A DNA stretch of 64,000 nucleotides from an uncultured Oleispira sp. (GTDB taxonomy: Bacteria; Pseudomonadota; Gammaproteobacteria; Pseudomonadales; Oceanobacteraceae): positions 5,847 through 69,846 of the forward strand of contig CAJVZR010000011.1 in the NCBI GenBank assembly GCA_913019965.1. The letters are read 5' to 3'. Below, piece after piece: positions 31,971-44,440 of the stretch; position 1 is the stretch's first letter; every line of letters starts with the position of its first letter. A program made the translations under genes and the position numbers. The notes beneath the pieces were generated by a model. It was not told the origin of the DNA. It did not search any database and saw only the letters and a list, made by a program, of their open reading frames with translations.

Positions 31971-33701
31971 TTAGCTATCCGCATTCTCAATCTGCTTAGT
32001 GATTACATACTGCTGTGTAATCGATAGCAGGTTGTTCACTACCCAATAAAGTACAAGACCCGATGGGAAGAACAAGAAGAATACCGTAAAGATCACAGGC
32101 ATCAGCTTCATAACACGTGCTTGAACTGGATCTGGAGGTGTTGGGTTCAACTGCATCTGCACGAACATACTTGCACCCATTAATAGCGGTAATACAAAGT
32201 ATGGGTCGATTGCTGATAAATCATCAATCCATAAGAAAAACGGTGCTTGGCGAAGCTCTACACTTTCGGCCAATACCCAATACAAGGCGATAAATACCGG
32301 CATTTGCACCAGAATCGGTAAACAACCGCCAAGAGGATTAATCTTCTCTTTCTTATACAAGGCCATCATTTCTTGACCTAGCTTTTCTTTATTATCACCG
32401 TGCTGTTCACGAATAGCCGCTAGTTTTGGCGCCACTTTACGCATGTTCGCCATTGAACGATAACTGGTTGCAGACAGTTTGAAGAAGGCTAGCTTGATCA
32501 ATACGGTCAGTAAGATAATCGCAACACCCCAGTTACCCACACCACCACCGAGATCGATTTCAACCAATCCTAGGAAGTTAATGTAACCAGATTCAATGAA
32601 GTTCATTACCGCGAATAATGGCTGTGCAATCCACCATAACCAACCATAATCGATGGTTAGGTCTAAGCTTTCTGCCACATCGGCTAGAACATATTGAGAT
32701 TTAGGACCGACATACAGCTGCGCTCCGACGGTACCGGTTTCGCCCGCGGCTACTTGAAGCGGTGTTTTGCCATCATGGAAACCCACAATGTACTCACCTT
32801 GCTTATTTGGCTTAGCATAAACTGAATGCGTCATGTCTGGGTTAGCAACCCAAGCCGATACGAAGTAGTGCTGCAACATAGCAACCCAACCACCATCAAC
32901 GGTTTCGGCTAACTTCTTATCATCGATATCGTCAAAGCTAACTTTTTCATATTTAGATAAGTTAGTGGTGATTGCAGGGCCTAAATAAGCCTGCATCCCC
33001 ATTGAGCTACCTTGATGAGGGTCGTCACTGCGATCACGTTTTAGTTGAGCGAAGAAGACACCACGCCATTGGCTATCAGAACCGTTAGCCACCTGGTATT
33101 TAACATCAATAAGGTAGTTGTTACGCTGGAAAGTGAAAACCTTTTTCACTTCTACGTTATCAAGTTGAGTACTTAGCTCAACGATTAACGTATCAGCGTC
33201 TTCATCTAGCTGGTAGTTAACCTGAGAAGCTGAATAACCTTGAGTCTTTTCCCACTGTTTGCCTTTGCCGTCTAACAAGCCACTTTGTGCAACATAAACA
33301 CGACGAGCATTGTTTTCCATCAAAACAAAAGGAATATCTTTATTTTCAATGTCAGCAGGGTAAGCAGGTAATGAAACCTCAACAATCTCTCCGCCTAGTG
33401 GATTAATCGTAACGTTTAATACGTCGGTCTTAACCTGAATAAGTTGTGTACTTGCTTGAGCTTTAATAACAGGCTCTTCTGCAGCAGGAACAACATTAGG
33501 AATGTCGCTATCATTGGTTGACGTTTCGCCAGCCGCAATGATTTCGCCCGCAGCTGGTGAATCACCAACTTCAATTGCAGAGTTCTGTGCAATAGGAGCA
33601 TTAGCAACCGTGTCTTGACCGTAATCGTCATTCCACGCAAGAATTAAAAAATAAGTTGAAATAGCCAGGCCAAATATTATGGCAAAACGGCGGATATCCA
33701 T
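31971..33701 (-). CDS. yidC: Membrane protein insertase YidC
   Basis: LYVGPK, TIDYGWLWWIAQPLF, GNWG, YKKEKINPLGGCLPILVQMPVFIALYW, PSGLVLYWVVNN. Confidence 0.98.
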   Translation of the reverse strand: MDIRRFAIIFGLAISTYFLILAWNDDYGQDTVANAPIAQNSAIEVGDSPAAGEIIAAGETSTNDSDIPNVVPAAEEPVIKAQASTQLIQVKTDVLNVTINPLGGEIVEVSLPAYPADIENKDIPFVLMENNARRVYVAQSGLLDGKGKQWEKTQGYSASQVNYQLDEDADTLIVELSTQLDNVEVKKVFTFQRNNYLIDVKYQVANGSDSQWRGVFFAQLKRDRSDDPHQGSSMGMQAYLGPAITTNLSKYEKVSFDDIDDKKLAETVDGGWVAMLQHYFVSAWVANPDMTHSVYAKPNKQGEYIVGFHDGKTPLQVAAGETGTVGAQLYVGPKSQYVLADVAESLDLTIDYGWLWWIAQPLFAVMNFIESGYINFLGLVEIDLGGGVGNWGVAIILLTVLIKLAFFKLSATSYRSMANMRKVAPKLAAIREQHGDNKEKLGQEMMALYKKEKINPLGGCLPILVQMPVFIALYWVLAESVELRQAPFFLWIDDLSAIDPYFVLPLLMGASMFVQMQLNPTPPDPVQARVMKLMPVIFTVFFLFFPSGLVLYWVVNNLLSITQQYVITKQIENADS

Positions 33702-33703
33702 GA

Positions 33704-34006
33704 TTAGGGGTTCCGTCTACAGCATGAGTGGGAAGGGTTAAGTTCTGGTACAGGGTCGACACCATGACTTGCCCAAGGATGGCAACGCAAAATGCGTTTC
33801 ATGGCCAGTTTTCCACCGGTCCAAGCACCATATCTAACAATGGCTTCGTGCGCATACGCAGAGCATGTAGGATAATAACGGCATCGGCTGGGAAATAAAG
33901 GACTGATTGCGTAACGGTAGAGATTAACTAGCAATAAAAATGACTTAGCAACAAAAGACTGGGCTTTCGGGCTAGCGTTTTTTGTTTCTATTGGGTCGTT
34001 TACCAT
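33704..34006 (-). CDS. yidD: Membrane protein insertion efficiency factor YidD
   Basis: YRYAISP, CRYYPTCSAYA, RILRCHPW; position between rnpA and yidC. Exact start uncertain. Confidence 0.93.
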   Translation of the reverse strand: MVNDPIETKNASPKAQSFVAKSFLLLVNLYRYAISPLFPSRCRYYPTCSAYAHEAIVRYGAWTGGKLAMKRILRCHPWASHGVDPVPELNPSHSCCRRNP

Positions 34007-34355
34007 TAGATTGCCTCAGCTTGAACCAGAGACCATCAATCATTTCACGTATTTCTGCGTTTTCGAGATCAGAGATCCCAGGGCGCGCTAAAATAACAAA
34101 ATCATTGTTAGCCATCTGATGCTGATTCAGGCGGAAAGACTCACGAATAATACGTTTTACACGATTTCTTTGAACAGCATGTTTAACATGCTTCTTAGCT
34201 ATGACAAAGCCTAAGCGAGAAACGCCGTTTTTATTCGGAGTAGCCAGAACCAACAAATATCGATTACTGGCCTTAAACTCAGTGTTATTAAATACTTGGG
34301 AGAAGTCCCCAGGGCTCAATAAGCGAACGGATCTAGGGAATTCAAAAGTATTCAT
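33972..34355 (-). CDS. rnpA: Ribonuclease P protein component
   Basis: FPRSVRLL, RLGFVIAKKHVKHAVQRNRVKRIIRESFR. Confidence 0.97.
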   Translation of the reverse strand: MNTFEFPRSVRLLSPGDFSQVFNNTEFKASNRYLLVLATPNKNGVSRLGFVIAKKHVKHAVQRNRVKRIIRESFRLNQHQMANNDFVILARPGISDLENAEIREMIDGLWFKLRQSNGKRPNRNKKR

Positions 34356-34373
34356 ACACTGACTAAAGCGATA

Positions 34374-34508
34374 TTAAGCTGATAAGCTTGCGCGGCCTTT
34401 AGCACGACGTGCAGATAAAATCTGACGACCGCTTTTAGTAGCCATACGAGCACGGAAACCGTGGTTACGCTTACGCTTTAATACGCTTGGTTGAAAAGTA
34501 CGTTTCAT
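34374..34508 (-). CDS. rpmH: 50S ribosomal protein L34
   Basis: Read by hand: [44 protein letters not shown], 44 aa. Below the ORF-track length cutoff. Confidence 0.98.
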   Translation of the reverse strand: MKRTFQPSVLKRKRNHGFRARMATKSGRQILSARRAKGRASLSA

Positions 34509-35053
34509 AGCAATTACTCATCTAATTCACACAAAGTGTAAATTTAGGTTTAAAAATTTAGGGGCGAGATTGTATTGAAATTATGATCATGACGCAATGG
34601 TAAATCTGTATTTATTTTAATCATCTTTTTCAAATTAACTTTTTCTTAACTAACTTCTTTTAAAGATTTATTAATTAAAGTTTATGTTTTTATGTATGTA
34701 AGTAATGTTTTATTTATTCTTACTACTAATATTACGCAAGCCATTTTCTGTTGATAACCATAAAAAAACCAATTAAAACAAAGGGTTACAAGATATATAA
34801 GTCATGTTTAATATGCGTTTAACCTGAGTATTAGCCTAGGGACAATCGGTGTATAAGTCGCGAGTTTTACACAGCCCTGTTTTAGCGTTGTTGTTTATAC
34901 ACAATCCATTTTCACCTTTAACTCGGTTATCCACATATCTATTGAACCTTTTTATGGGCGCTAGAGTAGTTATTTGTGGATAACTTTGCTGTTTTTGAGG
35001 TAGAATGGCCCCCTATTTACATCGATTTATCTTTATTAAAGGAATGCTGTTAG
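34509..35053. other. Chromosomal replication origin oriC (rpmH-dnaA intergenic)
   Basis: DnaA boxes at 34865 (TTTTACACA), 34895 (TTATACACA), 34927 (TTATCCACA) and 34975 (TGTGGATAA). One-mismatch boxes at 34749 and 34848. Very AT-rich tract at about 34590-34740 (candidate DUE). Confidence 0.88.
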
Positions 35054-36592
35054 GTGGCTGAGGCGCTCTGGAACCGCTGTTTGGATTATTTGCAGGATGA
35101 ACTGCCTTCACAGCAATATAATACTTGGATTCGTCCACTGCAGGTTGAAGCAGAGGGTGATGGCATTTTGCTGCGCGCTCCAAATCGATTTGTAAAGGAT
35201 TGGGTTAAAGATAAGTATTTACATCGGATTCATGAAATTCTTTGTGAGATAAATGATGGTCGTCTGCTTGAAGTAGAGATCACTATTGGTGGTGCAAAGG
35301 TAAAACCTGCTCCAGCACCTTTACCTAGAGTTCCTGTTAATAAGCCTGCTCCGCCAGTGCTACCTTCTTCTATTAATAGAAGGCCTTCGTTCGCGATCGA
35401 TGATTCAAATGAAACTGCCGAAGCACCGATGCAGGGATCATTGGATATTGAACAAGCAACGTTACCGGTTAATACCCCTAATTTTTCCAGAGTAAGCCGT
35501 GATAGTGTGCAACCTAGCTCAGCTAAGCCTATGGGAAAGCGAGAAGTTCAGGTTGAAGGTGGGATTCAGCATCAAAGTTTTCTAAACAAAGGATTCACTT
35601 TTGATACCTTTGTTGAAGGTAAATCAAACCAACTAGCACATGCCGCGGCACGTCAAGTCGCTGAAAATGCCGGTGGATCTTACAATCCACTGTTTATTTA
35701 TGGTGGTGTGGGTCTGGGTAAAACGCACTTAATGCATGCGGTAGGTAATCATCTACAGCAAAAAGACAGTAATGCTCAAGTCCTCTACGTTCACTCAGAG
35801 CGTTTTGTGCAAGACATGGTGAAAGCGCTACAATTGAATGCTATTAATGAATTTAAGCGTTTCTATCGTAGTCTTGATGCCTTATTAATTGACGATATCC
35901 AGTTTTTTGCTGGCAAAGAGCGCTCTCAAGAAGAATTCTTTCATACCTTTAATGCTTTATTAGAGGGTGGCCAACAAATGATTCTTACGTGCGATCGTTA
36001 TCCGCGTGAGATTAATGGTTTAGAAGAACGACTAAAGAGCCGATTTGGTTGGGGCCTAACGGTTGCGGTTGAGCCGCCTGAGTTAGAAACTCGCGTTGCG
36101 ATTCTATTAAAGAAAGCCGCTCAGGCAAATGTACACTTACCTGATGACGCCGCATTTTTCATTGCCCAGAAAATTCGTTCTAACGTACGTGAGTTAGAAG
36201 GTGCGTTAAAACGTGTAATCGCAAATTCACATTTTACTGGCAGTGAGATTACTCTTCCTTTTATTAAAGAATCTTTGAAAGATTTGCTGGCCTTGCAAGA
36301 TAGACAGGTTAGTATTGATAATATTCAGAGAACTGTTGCAGAATACTATAAACTTAAGCTTTCAGATCTTTTATCTAAGCGACGTACCCGCTCAATTGCG
36401 CGTCCTCGTCAGATAGCGATGGCTTTAAGTAAAGAATTAACTAACCATAGCTTGCCTGAAATTGGCGAAGCCTTTGGTGGACGAGATCATACGACGGTAT
36501 TACATGGCTGTCGTAAGGTTAAAGAATTACAAGAAACAATGGCGGACATTAGGGAAGATTATAAAAACCTAATGCGCTCACTAACAACCTAG
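35054..36592 (+). CDS. dnaA: Chromosomal replication initiator DnaA
   Basis: LWNRCL...YNTWIRPLQ, Pro-rich linker, [30 protein letters not shown]. Confidence 0.99.
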   Translation: MAEALWNRCLDYLQDELPSQQYNTWIRPLQVEAEGDGILLRAPNRFVKDWVKDKYLHRIHEILCEINDGRLLEVEITIGGAKVKPAPAPLPRVPVNKPAPPVLPSSINRRPSFAIDDSNETAEAPMQGSLDIEQATLPVNTPNFSRVSRDSVQPSSAKPMGKREVQVEGGIQHQSFLNKGFTFDTFVEGKSNQLAHAAARQVAENAGGSYNPLFIYGGVGLGKTHLMHAVGNHLQQKDSNAQVLYVHSERFVQDMVKALQLNAINEFKRFYRSLDALLIDDIQFFAGKERSQEEFFHTFNALLEGGQQMILTCDRYPREINGLEERLKSRFGWGLTVAVEPPELETRVAILLKKAAQANVHLPDDAAFFIAQKIRSNVRELEGALKRVIANSHFTGSEITLPFIKESLKDLLALQDRQVSIDNIQRTVAEYYKLKLSDLLSKRRTRSIARPRQIAMALSKELTNHSLPEIGEAFGGRDHTTVLHGCRKVKELQETMADIREDYKNLMRSLTT

Positions 36593-36612
36593 ATGGGTAG
36601 AGTGAAAAAAAC

Positions 36613-37713
36613 ATGAAGTTCGTAATTTCTAGGGAAGCACTACTGCGCCCATTACAGCTTGTTGCTGGTGTTGTTGAAAAACGCCAAACCTTACCAGTGC
36701 TATCTAACGTCTTATTAGATGTTAAAGGTCAGCAATTATCATTAACTGGTACCGATCTTGAGGTCGAACTGGTTGCCCGTGTAACTTTAGAAGAAGTTGC
36801 AATGGAAGGTGAAATTACTGTTCCTGGTAAGAAGTTGATGGACATCGTACGTTCATTACCTGATGGCTCTATGATTGAGTTTGAACAAGACGAACAACGT
36901 ATCAACGTACGTTCTGGTCGTTCTCGTTTCACCCTATCTAGCCTACCAGCGACGGAATTCCCGAATATCGAAGATATTGCCGGTGAACAGCCATTCACGG
37001 TTGAGCAAGCTAAGCTACGTCGTGTTATCGATCGTGTTGCCTTCGCTATGGCTCAACAAGATGTCCGTTACTATCTAAATGGAATGCTGCTAGAAGTTAA
37101 TGCTTCTTCATTACGTTCTGTTGCGACAGATGGACACCGCTTAGCGACGTGTATCGTTGAAGCCAGTGGCCCTGAGACTCAGTTGCAGTTGATCGTACCT
37201 CGCAAAGGTATCTTAGAGCTAAGCAAATTACTAACTGAGCCTGAAGACAGTGTGACGCTATTCTTAAGCCCGAATCATATTCGTGCTGAAACCGGCGACT
37301 TTGTTTTCACCTCTAAGTTAGTTGATGGCAAGTTCCCAGACTATGGACGTGTTATCCCGAAAAACGGTAACAAGGTAATCTTGGCAGATCGTCAAGAATT
37401 ACGCCAGGTCTTCCAGCGTACTGCCATTCTTTCTAACGAAAAATACCGTGGTGTACGAGTTGTTCTTAACTCAGGTAATTTGCAGGTATTCGCTAATAAC
37501 CCTGAGCAGGAAGAAGCTGAAGAGTCGATTGCTGTAGATTATGAAGGTGAAAGCTTAGAAGTTGGCTTTAACGTGAGTTATCTGCAAGACGTGCTAGGTG
37601 TTATCGACAGCGACCAAGCTAAGATCACCCTTTCTGATGCTAATAGCAGTGCGTTATTAGAAGAGCCTGAAAATAGCGATGCGTTATATGTCGTTATGCC
37701 AATGCGTTTGTAA
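36613..37713 (+). CDS. dnaN: DNA polymerase III beta sliding clamp
   Basis: RQTLPVLSNVLL, DVRYYLNG, ATDGHRLA, DGKFPDY, C-terminal VVMPMRL. Confidence 0.99.
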   Translation: MKFVISREALLRPLQLVAGVVEKRQTLPVLSNVLLDVKGQQLSLTGTDLEVELVARVTLEEVAMEGEITVPGKKLMDIVRSLPDGSMIEFEQDEQRINVRSGRSRFTLSSLPATEFPNIEDIAGEQPFTVEQAKLRRVIDRVAFAMAQQDVRYYLNGMLLEVNASSLRSVATDGHRLATCIVEASGPETQLQLIVPRKGILELSKLLTEPEDSVTLFLSPNHIRAETGDFVFTSKLVDGKFPDYGRVIPKNGNKVILADRQELRQVFQRTAILSNEKYRGVRVVLNSGNLQVFANNPEQEEAEESIAVDYEGESLEVGFNVSYLQDVLGVIDSDQAKITLSDANSSALLEEPENSDALYVVMPMRL

Positions 37714-37749
37714 TAACCAGCGCCCTCTTCTTTTTATGGCAAAACCTCG

Positions 37750-38841
37750 ATGCCAATAAAACGCTTCCAAATAAGCGGTGTGCGAAACTTGCAGCCGCTC
37801 TCTTTGACCCCCGCTCTGGGGGTTAATTTTATCTACGGTGAAAATGGCAGTGGTAAAAGCAGTTTGCTTGAAGCCTTGTATATTCTCGCCAGTGGTAAGT
37901 CTTTTCGACATCATCTGTTAAAACCCGTAATCCAGCACGAAATGAGCGAGTGTGTATTATTCGCCGAGATCGAAGATAATCGATTAGGTAATGCACGTTT
38001 AGGTGTTCAGCGCAGTCGCAGTGGTGATAAAGCGTTAAAATTAAATGGTGAAGCACTTCACTCTCAAGCGGAAGCTTCTTCTTGGTTACCTATTCAAATC
38101 ATTGAGCCCAATACTTTTAAGTTGCTCTCCGGCTCCCCTCAAGAGCGTCGCCAATTTATCGATTGGGGAGTGTTCCACGTGGAACACTCTTTCTTGGATC
38201 AGTGGCGAGAATTCAAAAAACTGCTTCAGCAAAGGAATGCCGTTTTAAAGAAAGGTGAAGCTGATTGGCTTGATGTTTGGGATAAAGGATTTGTTAAGGC
38301 AGGTAATGCCGTCAATGAATCAAGAAAGGCCTATATAGAGCGCTTAGTACCCGTATTTCAGCATACTTTAAAGCGATTAGATGCTAATCTAGACGTGCAA
38401 TTATCTTTCTATCCCGGTTGGGAAAGGAATTCAGAGTTGATCGATATCTTGCACAAACAGCGAGAGCGAGATCTGCAGATTGGACATACTCAATCGGGCC
38501 CTCAACGCGCTGAATTACGCATTAAAGTCGATAATATGAATGCCGCTGACATCTTGTCGAGAGGGCAGCAAAAAGCGGTTGTAGCCGCGCTTAAGCTTTC
38601 TCAGGGTGTCCTGTTTCAGCAAGAGACAGAACGCAGTACAATCTATCTAGTCGACGACCTTGCATCGGAGTTAGATGAAAAGCATCGTTTTGCTTTATGT
38701 CAGCTGTTAGAAGATTTAAAATGTCAGGTGTTTATCACCAGCATTGAGCACAATAGCATCAGTGATCAATGGAAACCGGAAGGTTGTAAAATGTTCCACG
38801 TGGAACAAGGGAATGTCAGCGATAAAACGCCACCACCCTAA
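37750..38841 (+). CDS. recF: DNA replication/repair protein RecF
   Basis: GENGSGKSSLLEA, RRQFIDWGVFH, LSRGQQK, LVDDLASELD. Confidence 0.97.
   Translation: MPIKRFQISGVRNLQPLSLTPALGVNFIYGENGSGKSSLLEALYILASGKSFRHHLLKPVIQHEMSECVLFAEIEDNRLGNARLGVQRSRSGDKALKLNGEALHSQAEASSWLPIQIIEPNTFKLLSGSPQERRQFIDWGVFHVEHSFLDQWREFKKLLQQRNAVLKKGEADWLDVWDKGFVKAGNAVNESRKAYIERLVPVFQHTLKRLDANLDVQLSFYPGWERNSELIDILHKQRERDLQIGHTQSGPQRAELRIKVDNMNAADILSRGQQKAVVAALKLSQGVLFQQETERSTIYLVDDLASELDEKHRFALCQLLEDLKCQVFITSIEHNSISDQWKPEGCKMFHVEQGNVSDKTPPP
38171..38186. promoter_or_regulatory. parS centromere-like site inside recF
   Basis: Perfect palindrome TGTTCCACGTGGAACA. Confidence 0.9.
38792..38807. promoter_or_regulatory. Second parS site inside recF
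   Basis: Perfect palindrome TGTTCCACGTGGAACA near the recF 3' end. Confidence 0.9.
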
Positions 38842-38957
38842 ATCAGCTTTTAGAAGATTGAATATTAGATAAAAGAATAATAAATCTTGTTTTCATAACA
38901 ATGAAACAGATTGTAGTAGGCATCCAATAAAACAAATTATTGAATGTTTATTAGTAA

Positions 38958-41472
<2,515 letters not shown>

Positions 41473-41477
41473 ACGCT

Positions 41478-41517
41478 AAAAAAAGAGAAGTTCATCTTAT
41501 GGGCTTCTCTTTTTTTT
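41478..41517 (+). terminator. Intrinsic terminator after gyrB
   Basis: AAAAAAGAGAAGTTCAT-ctt-ATGGGCTTCTCTTTTTTT hairpin with a long U-tract. Confidence 0.85.
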
Positions 41518-41545
41518 ACGAAAAAGTTCAACTTGATAGATATTG

Positions 41546-41559
41546 TGATAACGTTATCA
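41546..41559. promoter_or_regulatory. Candidate operator upstream of the cytochrome c' gene
   Basis: Perfect 14-bp palindrome TGATAACGTTATCA, 24 nt before ATG 41584. Cognate regulator unknown. Confidence 0.45.
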
Positions 41560-41583
41560 TTATAAAATAAGAAAGAGAACAGT

Positions 41584-42015
41584 ATGAAATTTTTAACATT
41601 TTTTTTGTTTTTATTAACATCGACCTTTGCTTATAGCGAAAGTTTTAAAGCTCTGTCATTGGAAAGAAAACAAGCCTTTACCAATATCGAAGATAACCTG
41701 GACTTGATCATCGATAATGCCGAAGTTGATGAACTCGATTGGAGTACCTTGGTATTGATAAGCCAAGATTTGAATGAAGATATTAAATTTTTAAAACAAT
41801 CATTCCCGCATAAAAGTTTTGAAAATACTCGTGCACGAGAACGTATTTGGTCAAACCTAGAAGACTTTGAGCAACGTTTTTCTGAATTAGAAAGTGCAGT
41901 GCATAACATCAGTCATTCGATTGAGAAAAAAGATAAGAGACAAGTTATTGAAAACTGGGATGCTGCTGGAGATACCTGCAACGCCTGTCATCGACGCTAC
42001 CGAACGTTTTGGTAG
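41584..42015 (+). CDS. Class II cytochrome c (cytochrome c'/c556 family)
   Basis: Signal peptide, helical body, ARERIWSNLEDF, and heme motif CNACH near the C-terminus. Confidence 0.85.
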   Translation: MKFLTFFLFLLTSTFAYSESFKALSLERKQAFTNIEDNLDLIIDNAEVDELDWSTLVLISQDLNEDIKFLKQSFPHKSFENTRARERIWSNLEDFEQRFSELESAVHNISHSIEKKDKRQVIENWDAAGDTCNACHRRYRTFW

Positions 42016-42060
42016 CCGAAAAATTTTAAACCACATTATAATTGATCGTAAGGAAATGAA

Positions 42061-42624
42061 ATGTTTAAAAAGTCTTTAGTAATAGCATCAGCATTAACGC
42101 TCGCAGCTTGTGCCAGTGCGCCTAAGTTATTAATTCAAGGAAGTGAAAAATCCTTGATGCAAGTAGATAAAGTTTATACTCAAACCAATTTACACCCCGA
42201 TGAGCAAAGAAAGCGTTTGTATTCAATTAACTACCAGCAGTCGGGCTTCATTCCTCGTTGTACAGAAGTTAATTTATTAGACGTCAGTAAGAAAAAACTA
42301 ATATTCACAGTCGGTGAAACTAAGTACTCCTATTTGTTTCATAAAGCGAGTGGTTCATTTGATGAGAATATTAAAAAGTACTTTGCCCCTTCTTGTAAAA
42401 AATCAGCACTTAGAAAACTAAATGCGATTGATAAAGAAGGTTTAAAAGCCGGTAAAGTATTTAAAGGTATGACACGTGATGGTGTTATCTTAGCGATCGG
42501 TCACCCGCCCGTTCATAAAACACCTTCATTAGACGGAAAGCGTTGGAAGTATTGGTCGAGCCGTTTTAATACGTTCGATGTCATCTTTGATGATACAGGC
42601 AAGGTAAAGTCTATTAAAAATTAA
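42061..42624 (+). CDS. Basic lipoprotein with SmpA/BamE-like C-terminal domain
   Basis: Lipobox MFKKSLVIASALTLAA-C; C-terminal GMTRDGVILAIGHP...WKYW...FDDTGKVKSI. Confidence 0.7.
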   Translation: MFKKSLVIASALTLAACASAPKLLIQGSEKSLMQVDKVYTQTNLHPDEQRKRLYSINYQQSGFIPRCTEVNLLDVSKKKLIFTVGETKYSYLFHKASGSFDENIKKYFAPSCKKSALRKLNAIDKEGLKAGKVFKGMTRDGVILAIGHPPVHKTPSLDGKRWKYWSSRFNTFDVIFDDTGKVKSIKN

Positions 42625-42642
42625 TCATTGATGATTTTTAAT

Positions 42643-42680
42643 AGAGCCCTAATAGTCTTATTGGATTATTAGGGCTTTTT
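42643..42680. terminator. Bidirectional terminator between the lipoprotein and acyltransferase genes
   Basis: AGCCCTAATAGTC-ttattg-GATTATTAGGGCTTTTT hairpin. Confidence 0.75.
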
Positions 42681-43612
42681 TATTTCTTCTGCCAAATATC
42701 AAAAAAGTTAAACCATTGATAAGGCGCTTTCATTGCGAGGTCTGATAGCCAATCAGCATAGTCTTGAACAGCCTCTTTAAGACTCTCTTGGCGTTGATTG
42801 CGTTTAAGTATCAACTTGTCTTTATAAGGGATAAAGTCGACGGAGAAGCCTTTAGACTCACGCACGCAGCTCATGAAATAAACCGGACTCTTTAATATAG
42901 ATGCTAAGATAAAAGGACCTTCAGGGAAGTAAGCTGTTTCACCTAAAAACTCAGCTTCTACAATACGGTTATGCAAAGCAATGGATGTACGATCGCCAAC
43001 GATAGCGATGTACTCTCCTTGTTCAATTTTATCAAATAACTTCATTGCGGTTTCAGGGCCCATATCATTAACCTCAATTAAGTTAATGCCGGATGTCGGT
43101 GATATGGATTGCAATAATTGATTAAATTTTACTGCATTTTGAGTATGTACAAGTGCGTTAACTTTTAGTTGTGGGACTTCTTCGCTTAAAGCTCGACAAA
43201 CTTCCATATTGCCAAGATGAGAAGTCAAAATGACTCCCCCTTTCTGTTCTGCAACTATTTCCAACATCTGAGGCTTATTATTGAAGGTAATATCTTCAAT
43301 ACCAATTTTCCCCATCCATGCGGTAACTTTATCTAAAGCAGAGCGGCCAAATTCAAAGTATTGCATGAAGGGTATGAGTTTGAGTTTATTCCCCGTCCTA
43401 TTTTCAGTTGCCAAGCTAACATTTGCTTGAAACTTACTAACGGCATGACGCTGCTGTTTACCAGTCACATAAAAATATAATAAAACGGGTAATAAAATTA
43501 GATAGAAAAGAGGCTTACCAAAAAGAGTATAAATGAACAGTAAGAGTGACATACCGATAGAGCTACCGCGTTCATTGATCTTAGACCAGTGTAGATTATC
43601 GGGTTTAGTCAT
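42680..43612 (-). CDS. LpxL/LpxP-like acyltransferase of the aryl-polyene cluster (C-terminal half of ApeJ-type protein)
   Basis: HWSKINERGS, SHLGNMEVCRAL (HxxxxE catalytic motif), VGDRT, PYQWFNFFDIW. Confidence 0.82.
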   Translation of the reverse strand: MTKPDNLHWSKINERGSSIGMSLLLFIYTLFGKPLFYLILLPVLLYFYVTGKQQRHAVSKFQANVSLATENRTGNKLKLIPFMQYFEFGRSALDKVTAWMGKIGIEDITFNNKPQMLEIVAEQKGGVILTSHLGNMEVCRALSEEVPQLKVNALVHTQNAVKFNQLLQSISPTSGINLIEVNDMGPETAMKLFDKIEQGEYIAIVGDRTSIALHNRIVEAEFLGETAYFPEGPFILASILKSPVYFMSCVRESKGFSVDFIPYKDKLILKRNQRQESLKEAVQDYADWLSDLAMKAPYQWFNFFDIWQKK

Positions 43613-43614
43613 TA

Positions 43615-44367
43615 TTATTTCTCGTAATGAATATTTGAAAATAGCTGTCGGGCAATAAGTAATGGGCTACGGATTAACATGCCAAAAAACAAACGCGTAT
43701 GCATCCAGCTAATTAGTAGATTATCTTGTAGCGCGCGGAAATTAGATGTTCCATCTTCTGGATAGATAACTTGAGTTTGTTGAAATGACATCGGGACACC
43801 CTGCCAGTATAGGCGGACCAATATTTCAACATCAAAATCCATGTAGCGGCCAAGCTTTACTCGTTTTAGCAATTTCTGACAACTTGCTAATGGGTAAATT
43901 CTAAAACCACACATGGAATCAGGAATGTTTAATGAGAGCGTTTCAATCCATACCCAAACATGAGTCAGGTAACGGCCATATAGCCGAGATTTAGGCACAG
44001 AATCATCATAGATAGGATAACCACTGACAAGAGCTTTGGGTTCTGCCTTAGATTTGGCTAAAAGCTTAGGAACATCATTAATATCATGCTGGCCATCAGC
44101 ATCAACTTGGATGATATGTGAAAAACCTTGCTCAAGCGCTAGCAGCATTCCACTGATAACAGCCCCACCCTTGCCTGAATTTACTTTTTTTACATGTAAC
44201 TGAACATAATCAAATTGATCACAAGCCTGTTGAATCAGAACGGCTTGTTCCGGGCTAGAACCATCGTCAATCACAAGCACCGGTAAATCGAAGTCTTTAA
44301 GGCTAGCTAACGTCGTAGAAAGTGTCGTGCCATGGTTGTAGCAAGGAATTAGAAAGCAGTAAGACAT
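43615..44367 (-). CDS. Family 2 glycosyltransferase of the aryl-polyene cluster (N-terminal half of ApeJ-type protein)
   Basis: LIPCYNHG, IDDGS, NSGKGGAV, QVDADGQHD, DSMCGFRIYPL, MDFDVEILVRLYW. Likely start ATG 44367; ORF track starts at 44436. Confidence 0.88.
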   Translation of the reverse strand: MSYCFLIPCYNHGTTLSTTLASLKDFDLPVLVIDDGSSPEQAVLIQQACDQFDYVQLHVKKVNSGKGGAVISGMLLALEQGFSHIIQVDADGQHDINDVPKLLAKSKAEPKALVSGYPIYDDSVPKSRLYGRYLTHVWVWIETLSLNIPDSMCGFRIYPLASCQKLLKRVKLGRYMDFDVEILVRLYWQGVPMSFQQTQVIYPEDGTSNFRALQDNLLISWMHTRLFFGMLIRSPLLIARQLFSNIHYEK

Positions 44368-44440
44368 GTGGGGGCCGATGATAGAGAAGGGGGTCGCCAA
44401 ATAAATAATTATCTGGCGTATTGCAATTGCAGGCAAAAGC

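Noticed and set aside
41539-41564. Canonical Fur box or FNR box upstream of cytochrome c'
   Set aside because: The best ungapped match I found to the 19-bp Fur consensus is 11/19, and TTGAT-AGAT-ATTGT has a poor second half-site for FNR. Reported only as an unassigned palindrome.
42680-44436. Frameshifted pseudogene of a fused GT-acyltransferase
   Set aside because: Both ORFs have complete catalytic motifs, proper stops and starts, and normal domain lengths, which fits a genuine two-gene arrangement.
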